Positions 38,064 to 45,659 of a stretch of 45,659 nucleotides of DNA are shown here, in pieces. The DNA comes from Octopus bimaculoides (lineage: Eukaryota): contig NC_068984.1 of assembly GCF_001194135.2 (NCBI RefSeq), forward strand, positions 26,865,260 through 26,910,918, given 5' to 3'. The translations under genes and the position numbers were made by a program. The stretch's first letter is position 1. Each line of letters begins with the position of its first letter. The notes below the pieces were generated by a model. It saw only the letters and a list, made by a program, of their open reading frames with translations, was not told where the DNA came from and searched no databases.

Positions 38064-39379
38064 ATTCTTCCCAGGTAAGATAGTAAATAGTAATCGAGTA
38101 CAATTTTATATATGCGCGCGCGCGCGCGTGTCTGTGTGTGTGTGTATTGCTGACGGCTTAAAAATGTCGAGAGAACGTCGAAACTGTTCAGAGAACGAAC
38201 TACATTTCTTTAGGAATATCTCGAAGCACACACATAATGCTATAAATAATAGTATGTAAATAATGAGTTGAAAAATCTTTTTGGATAGAAAAAAGACCAA
38301 GGCTGCTCCTATGTATATTTATTTATCGTATAAAATAGAGCAATATATGAGTAAGGTTACATACCAAACCCAAATCCATAAATCATATAATTTTATTTAA
38401 ACTAAAATTGAAAGCCGTCTCAGAAGTTACTTGCGACTGTTTTTTTTTAATTGTTTATTTGAATTTGAGGCGGTTGCGTGAGTGTACAATTGTGTGAAGG
38501 TACACATGAACTGCATGATTATGCATGTGAGCGTGTGTTTGAATTTATTCTTCAATTCGTAGATTTATTCTTCTTTCGTAGATTTCTGGATGTGTAAACG
38601 TAGGTGTATGAATATATAGATAAGTGGTTTGGTGTAGAAAAATAAATTTATATAGATGTATATGCGTGTGGTAGTGGTGATGTAAGTGGTGTGTGTGTGG
38701 GAGGGATGTGCTAGTACGCACGGTTGCTTTTCTCTGATCGAGTTCCTGATTGCTCTCGCCTCTTAATGTCTGACAGCTTAGAAAGTCGAAATCTTATTTT
38801 CCTTAGATATCCTGACTACAGTATTTTCTTTTTTTTTCTTTTTTATTTCACTGATGAAATTAAGATAATAGCTTTCTTTTTCTTTACTGTTATAGAAAAA
38901 TTGTTCTCTTAAGTTTGTGTACAGTTCTACCTGAGTATTGTCAATCAACTGAAGTTAGTAAATAATATTGGATTGAATTAATATTTTCTTCTGAGGATCT
39001 GGCGTTTCAATGTTATGCAAACGTCAACGTAACGATTATTGCATAACATACTAGTATTCGCTAGTGAAACACGTCTGAAGATTACGATATTATGATAATA
39101 AGGCCGCAAACTAGCAGAAACGTTAGCACGCTGGGCGGAATGCCCCGCCCACAAAATTTCGTAGAAAAGGATATTATTATAATAGCAAAATTATCGTGTT
39201 TTATAGCCACTCTCGGATATACATATTCTGTAAATTATTGAAATGTATATAATGCCAACAAGAAAGTCGGAAGACAAGTTTTAATAATCGATCGGAGTTT
39301 GGATATACAATGATTTACATGGAGTTCTAAACATTAGTTTACTGCTTTGCTATCGTATTCGAAATAGCAATTCTTTCTT

Positions 39380-39412
<33 letters not shown>

Positions 39413-39787
39413 NNNNNNNNNNNNNNNNNNNNNNNNNNNNNNNNNNNNNNNNNNNNNNNNNNNNNNNNNNNNNNNNNNNNNNNNNNNNNNNNNNNNNNNN
39501 NNNNNNNNNNNNNNNNNNNNNNNNNNNNNNNNNNNNNNNNNNNNNNNNNNNNNNNNNNNNNNNNNNNNNNNNNNNNNNNNNNNNNNNNNNNNNNNNNNNN
39601 NNNNNNNNNNNNNNNNNNNNNNNNNNNNNNNNNNNNNNNNNNNNNNNNNNNNNNNNNNNNNNNNNNNNNNNNNNNNNNNNNNNNNNNNNNNNNNNNNNNN
39701 NNNNNNNNNNNNNNNNNNNNNNNNNNNNNNNNNNNNNNNNNNNNNNNNNNNNNNNNNNNNNNNNNNNNNNNNNNNNNNNNNNNNNNN
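39413..39787. other. Assembly gap (N run)
   Basis: Run of n. Confidence 1.
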
Positions 39788-40335
39788 ACATCCTTGCTGC
39801 CATGGTTGTTACATTAATGAATGATTCTCCAGCTTTGTCAACAGTGCAAAAGTAGGCAGCTAAATTTAGGAGAGTCATTGCGTTTTATTGTTTAATTTTC
39901 AACCATCATGAACCAGCGAACGATAGTTTGGCGTGGAGCCGTCTTCGTGCGTGCTTGTTCTGCTTGACGTGTCGAAGTGGAAGAGGAAGCTAATGGGAGT
40001 ACGTCTGTGCGTGCGTGTGTGTGTGTGCTTGTATGTCTGTGTGCGAGCATATTCTGCTTTTATGTATTTATGTGTGCGGAGGAGGCTACTGGGTGTAGGT
40101 GTGTGTGTGTGTATGTGTGCGAGAGCGCGTTCTGTTTTTATGTATTTATGAGTGTGGAATGTAGATATAACAGAAGCAATGTCGCATTTTAAACTTGAGA
40201 AAAGCCTTGTATATTTATTCTTACCTGCTTCATTTGTGTATGTAAAATTCGTAAATTTCGAAGAAGAAAACGAGATCAACGTTGAAAAAACCGTATTAGT
40301 TATAATAATCGATGTGGTTTTTCTTTTTAACCACT

Positions 40336-40448
40336 AAAGAGTCGAAATATTGCAGCATGCATCAAAGAGCCGAAATATTGTAACATGCATTAAAGAGCAG
40401 GAAAATATTGCAACATGCATCAAAGAGCCATATTATTGCAACATGCAT
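40336..40448. repeat. 28-bp minisatellite, 4 copies
   Basis: Unit approximately 'aaagagccgaaatattgcaacatgcatc'. Confidence 0.93.
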
Positions 40449-41031
40449 GGAGAAAAGGAGGAAATGTAAATTTACACTTACTATTGATTAAAGGAAATGC
40501 AAAAGAAGAAATACAAATGACATTGACTCCTTTCATTTTAAAGCTAAATTAAACAAGATCTGTGGAACTATACAAGAATAAGCTCACACACACTCACACA
40601 CACAAGAAGAAGTACACACACACAAGAAGAAATACACACACACTCACACACACAAGAGCAAACACGCACACGCACACACACAGAGACGTACACCTATTTG
40701 TTGCTGAAAAATATTGGAATCATTATATGCTGTACATTCTGTGGCATCCTTTTATCACAGGAGATTTGTTTATTCAACGAAATTAAGTTATATTAAAATT
40801 TCATTAAGTTTAATTATCGTATACTCAATTTTAACAAAATAATTGTGTACAAATACTAATGACATCTTTACGCAATAATTCAATCTACAAATGATAATTT
40901 TTATAAATTTACAAGTAATCAAGCAAAAATGATTTAGTAATAATTTGTTTAATTCGCATAACTATTCCGTTAATATGTGTATCATAATGCGAATTATCTA
41001 TATATATATTCATACGCATACAAATGAATTA

Positions 41032-42217
41032 TTGGGTCATCCTATAAATAATGCGGTTTTTTTCAATTGCATGCACTAAAAGTCGGAGGGGGACGGGATA
41101 AACTACCTGTATCAACTTGCTATAAAGCAGGTAGTAATTTTACCTTGTTCATATTCTTAGTACAAGTTTTGAAGAGTGCATTTTGCATTTAACAGTTATT
41201 TTTTCCAAGATTTAATAGAAGTGACAAAGGAGCATATTCGGTATATTTTGCTTTAGTTCAATAAAGGCAACAACGGAACAGAAAGCATGAGGAATATTAA
41301 TGCAGTATAAGGGGGTCGGACAATAAGCGTAAGCTAGAATCAACGACAGTTCCAGAGATTCCGAGCCGGAAACTACAACCTACAAGACGAGCCTCGTCCT
41401 GGAAAATTTGTAGAGCACCACGAGGACGTCCTGCAAACCCTGGTCAAACAATATATCATCGTAAGTGTTGAGGAACTAGCCGCGAATCTTGAATTTGGTC
41501 ATTTAACCATTCATCGACACCTGCATGTCATCAGAAAATCCAACAAATTAGATGAATGGATTCCTCACAAACTTTCCGAGTCTAATCGCGTGCAGAATGT
41601 GTGCACTTCTTAGCTGTCACGTCTCACGAATGAACCTTTTTTGGACCGAACAGTGACTGGTGAGGAGAAATGGGTTCTCTATAAAAATGTCAAGCGCCGA
41701 AGACAGTGAGCAGGGAAAGGAGAAACACCGGCACCCCAGGCTAAAGAAGGTCTTCAGCCACGTAAGATGTTATCTGCTTGGTGGGATATGAAAGGTTTAG
41801 CCCACTTTGAACTTTTAAACGCAAACCAATCAATAACAAAGGAGATCTGCAGTGAGCAGCTTGAGCGGCTTAAGTCAGAGCTAGAAGAAAAATGACCATT
41901 TTCCGTTTCAAGACGAAAGGTGTTCTCCATCAAGATAATGCTCGGTCACATACAGCAAGGGTTAAATTCCTGCAGTTTTCAAAATCATTTGGACGGAAAA
42001 AATATGAATTCTGTAGACGAGGTCAGAACAGTACTGAAGGAGTTTTTCCATCACGGACATGTGAATTTTGGAAGAGGGGCCTTGCAAGTCTACCAGATAG
42101 ATGGAAGAGCATCGAAGAAAATAAAGGAGAGTAAATTTTAGATTAAAAAGGAACTTTATCATAATTTTGAATAGTAAAAGAAGTCTAAAAACCCGCATTA
42201 CTTATGGAGTGACCCAA
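41032..42217 (+). mobile_element. Near full-length mariner element with pseudogenised transposase
   Basis: TIRs 'ttgggtcatcctataaataatgcggttttt' and rc 'ttgggtcactccataagtaatgcgggttttt', with TA at 41030-31 and 42218-19. Motifs: FRAGNYNLQDEPRPG, WIPHKL, VTGEEKW, WWDMKG, HQDNARSHT, LPDRWKSI. The YSPDL/third-Asp segment is deleted. Confidence 0.95.
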
Positions 42218-42295
42218 TATACATATATATGCGTGTTTAATTATATTCATATACACATTTGCATAAGTATATATACATATATATATATATATATA

Positions 42296-42498
42296 NNNNN
42301 NNNNNNNNNNNNNNNNNNNNNNNNNNNNNNNNNNNNNNNNNNNNNNNNNNNNNNNNNNNNNNNNNNNNNNNNNNNNNNNNNNNNNNNNNNNNNNNNNNNN
42401 NNNNNNNNNNNNNNNNNNNNNNNNNNNNNNNNNNNNNNNNNNNNNNNNNNNNNNNNNNNNNNNNNNNNNNNNNNNNNNNNNNNNNNNNNNNNNNNNNN
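42296..42498. other. Assembly gap (N run)
   Basis: Run of n. Confidence 1.
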
Positions 42499-42550
42499 TA
42501 TATATATTTATATATATACATTCGCGTACACAGACACACAAACACATACA

Positions 42551-42599
<49 letters not shown>

Positions 42600-42899
42600 T
42601 ATATATCAAGAGAAAGCAAAGAAATGAGAGGGGAGATAGTCAGATTGTTATGGCTTTGCCTGGGAGTAATAAACTATGATAAATGCATAATTTCTGTCAG
42701 ATATAACACACATATAAACTAAACAAATTACATGCATCCCAGGCAAATATGCATCTATATTTTAAAATTGCTACTAATGATTTTTGATTTGATAGTACAG
42801 CCGTATATCATTTGTTTTTCTTTTCTCCTTTTTTAGTGCTATATTCTATCATTCTCTTACTGCTGTTTGGGCCATGTTTTGATAACACAATGTATGTTC

Positions 42900-44330
42900 T
42901 TCAATTATAATTTCCAAATTTTGTTGAAGAACATCTAGCAGATGCATAGTATTCAAGTATCTAACAAGATAATTATATACCTATTTTGTATGCTTGAATT
43001 TCATCTGAAATTTTGTTTGCAAGTATTTTATCTTGTATATCAGTATATTAATGATAGTTAATTTCTCCGGGCCTAGTTGGTAAATACTTTTCTTTCATTT
43101 TTAATATGTATGATAGATAATCTATGATAAAATGTATATTTTATATAAGATAAAACAATTTATTAAAAGATATATAAAAAAATAATGCTTATATTAGAAT
43201 TTGTTTATAACATACAATTATACTTTAGAGATGATGAAAGAGTTGATATGATGCTCATGCCTACTCCAATCTAGTTCCATGGTTTCAGCTTTTCTACTTG
43301 CCTAGTGATTATATGGCAAAATAAGGAAATATATTGGAGCCCTTTTAATTTAGAATGGTTTCAGATTTATAGTGGGCTTGATTTTTAAAGGAAGTATATT
43401 TTTGTGAAAGTATCTTTTTTCGTTTTTAATTCCGACGGAAAGTACATTTTAGAATGTCGAATGTCGTTTAGATGTTCTTTGACCGTAAATGATTTCCCAA
43501 TCTATTTCATATGTTCGAGATATTCCTGTTCTTCTTTATTTTCTATTATGTGAACACGTGTAAGTTTACATAGAGTCAAGTGCCTTATTCAAGAGCAGTG
43601 CTTATTGCCTGTGGATATGAATATTATTGTGATTCTTTAGCAAAATGGCCGATACTTTATCTCACCAGCCACGTGGAAACTCTATGATATGCATTCTGAA
43701 TTTTAAAAAGGCTGTAGAATGCCTGTATCTTAGAGTTTACACTTCGACTATAATGTAAGCGATTATTTCTATAGTCTGAGAAAAATAGTATTAAAAATAG
43801 TGAACTTTAGTCATTGTATTTAGCCTTAGCGATGACTTGTTGGATCCAGGTATTGAAATGATAACTGCTTATATAAGCTACACTTCATGTTCAGTACAAC
43901 GTTGGGCAGTGAGTGTAAATATTGAAAAGGATAACTGATTAAATTCCATGACAACCCTTATGGTTAGCTTCAGGTCCTAAATAGAATTCACTTCCATCAT
44001 TATTTGAGAATAAGGAAGAAACACTTTATTGAAGAAACACTTTATAGAAATATCGACAGAGCTCTTGAAAACGTCAATATATCGATCCTGTAGACAATGT
44101 ATTTGGTTCTCCCTTATGGAGGTTGTTGAATTTCATTACTATTTTGAGTGAGTAGGAAGTATCGATGAAAAAAGTCAATGACTATACAGGTTGATATTTC
44201 AAAACGAGGTGCCAGAAGAAATAGGCTATTACTAACGCAGAAAAAATACTTCTGCTTGATACGCCTTACAAAATCAACTGCTTTCCGAATAGATGCTCCT
44301 TGTAACCTTGGGTAACTCCTTCGAGGGAAT
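42900..44330 (-). mobile_element. Highly decayed LINE RT remnants (L1/Tx1- or CR1-like)
   Basis: Weak minus motifs 'HVAFDYIP' (KAFD), 'KGCHGI*SVILFNI' (RQGCPLSxxLFNI) and 'IPGSNKSSL'. Many stops. Confidence 0.3.
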
Positions 44331-45417
44331 ATAATCGAATGCTACATGACGAATTTTTAGGCAAACGTTAACCTCTGCTCAAGCTAACGATTTCCACCAT
44401 TAAATACCTTTTGCAACTTTATATCAGCCCTTTTTTTCACTTCATACTCTCAGATTAAGAAATAAGACACAAAATAAATATTTCCCCATTCTAAAATACA
44501 TGGATAGTAGTTAGCACAGGTGAAGGTGTTGCGTGCGCTACAGATTAAGTAGCTTGAGTTTTTGTAGAAGGAGAAAGCATATTTGTGCACGCAGGAAAAC
44601 TGAGCTAGAGTTTGCATAGAAGCCCTGATCCACGTATAGCCTGAATGACGATATAAAATTCCCCGTTTAGAGAGATACTAAAGCAGTTAGAAATCCCAAG
44701 TGCCACATGTGTAGTAGCACCATATGCATTGTTCTAGATAGTAAACAGGGCAACAACATAAACAGTATAAATAAAAAGATCCCCGCCCCAGGCATCAACT
44801 GCAGCTGAAGCTGTACATACTGACCACTTTTTGATAATATGTGAAAATCAAAGTCATGAGTACATTCGTTACCTCTTGAGCAGAACCATAATAAAGTATA
44901 TATGACCTTTAGAAAAGTTTAAATTGCAAAAGCTAGTTTAAACTAAAGCTGGGCTTATCGACAAGCATTGGATTGTTGACCAAAGGCTCAATATTTCGTA
45001 ATCTGTGTCTGGTGAGGCAAAGATTCTGTGGTTAAAATGAAATTCTTCACTGAATTTATGCGCTTAGCTGTAAATAGAGAGGAATAGTAAGAAGATGATT
45101 ACGTTATTGTACAATCAACGAGTTTTAATAAGTGGGAAGCATTTAAACATCTTTCGTTAGTTTAATGACGTCTATAGTCACGCTAATCTGTCACGCAGTG
45201 GGAAGAGGATCGTGAAAGTAAGTGTACGAAAGAGAGAGTGAAAAAGTGAGAGAGAAAAAGTGACGGGGAGACATACACAGATTAAAACAGATGCTACTGG
45301 CATATACACTCAACAAGACATCTTTCTCTGTCCATCTTCAAATATATAAAAGTGCTTTGGGGATGATAAAAGTGTGAGTGTGATAGATAGATAGATAGAT
45401 GGCACATACATAACTCG

Positions 45418-45504
45418 ATTCATAATATATGCACACACATTACTCCATTCATAATATATACACACACATTACTCCATTCATAATATATACACACACATTA
45501 CTCG
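45418..45504. repeat. 29-bp minisatellite, 3 copies
   Basis: Unit 'attcataatatatacacacacattactcc'. Confidence 0.95.
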
Positions 45505-45659
45505 AGCATATACTCATTTACTTTTGTTTTTACATGATTGAACGCAGCGTCTCACAAAAATTGTAAGTAGTTTTCGTAACTTATCCTCCGACGCTACTCT
45601 ATCTCTTTCTCTCTCTCTTTCTCTTTCCTTTCTCCCCCCCCCTCGTTCTTCCTCTGTAC

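Noticed and set aside
23550-40330. Chaining minus-strand candidate exons (about 40224-40329, 39790-39860, 37022-37044, 27661-27701) into a gene
   Set aside because: Open chains can be built, but the peptides are unrecognisable and the choices are arbitrary without transcript data.
40336-45504. 28-bp, 29-bp and 60-bp tandem repeats as a CRISPR array
   Set aside because: Units are contiguous with no unique spacers, there are no cas genes, and the context is eukaryotic.

Overview
AT-rich eukaryotic (animal) genomic DNA from a gapped draft assembly with 8 N-runs. The SINE and repeat sequences resemble octopus repeats as I recall them; no database was searched. I find no confidently supportable host protein-coding gene, RNA gene, CRISPR array or prokaryotic system. 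Nearly all ORFs in the track are translations of microsatellites or N-gaps. The window reads as intronic or intergenic sequence made of: (i) dense simple and compound microsatellites; (ii) three decayed mariner elements, one built from two inverted 5' ends, plus a Tigger/pogo remnant; (iii) at least six tRNA-derived SINE copies or fragments showing head/tail module swapping; (iv) old LINE remnants (CR1-like, L1/Tx1-like, RTE-like), mostly on the minus strand; (v) several palindromic MITE-like elements and hairpins. The most noteworthy items are the double-5'-end mariner, the modular SINEs, a >200 bp palindrome and insertions inside (AAT)n tracts. These are transposon-biology curiosities, not evidence of a new functional system.
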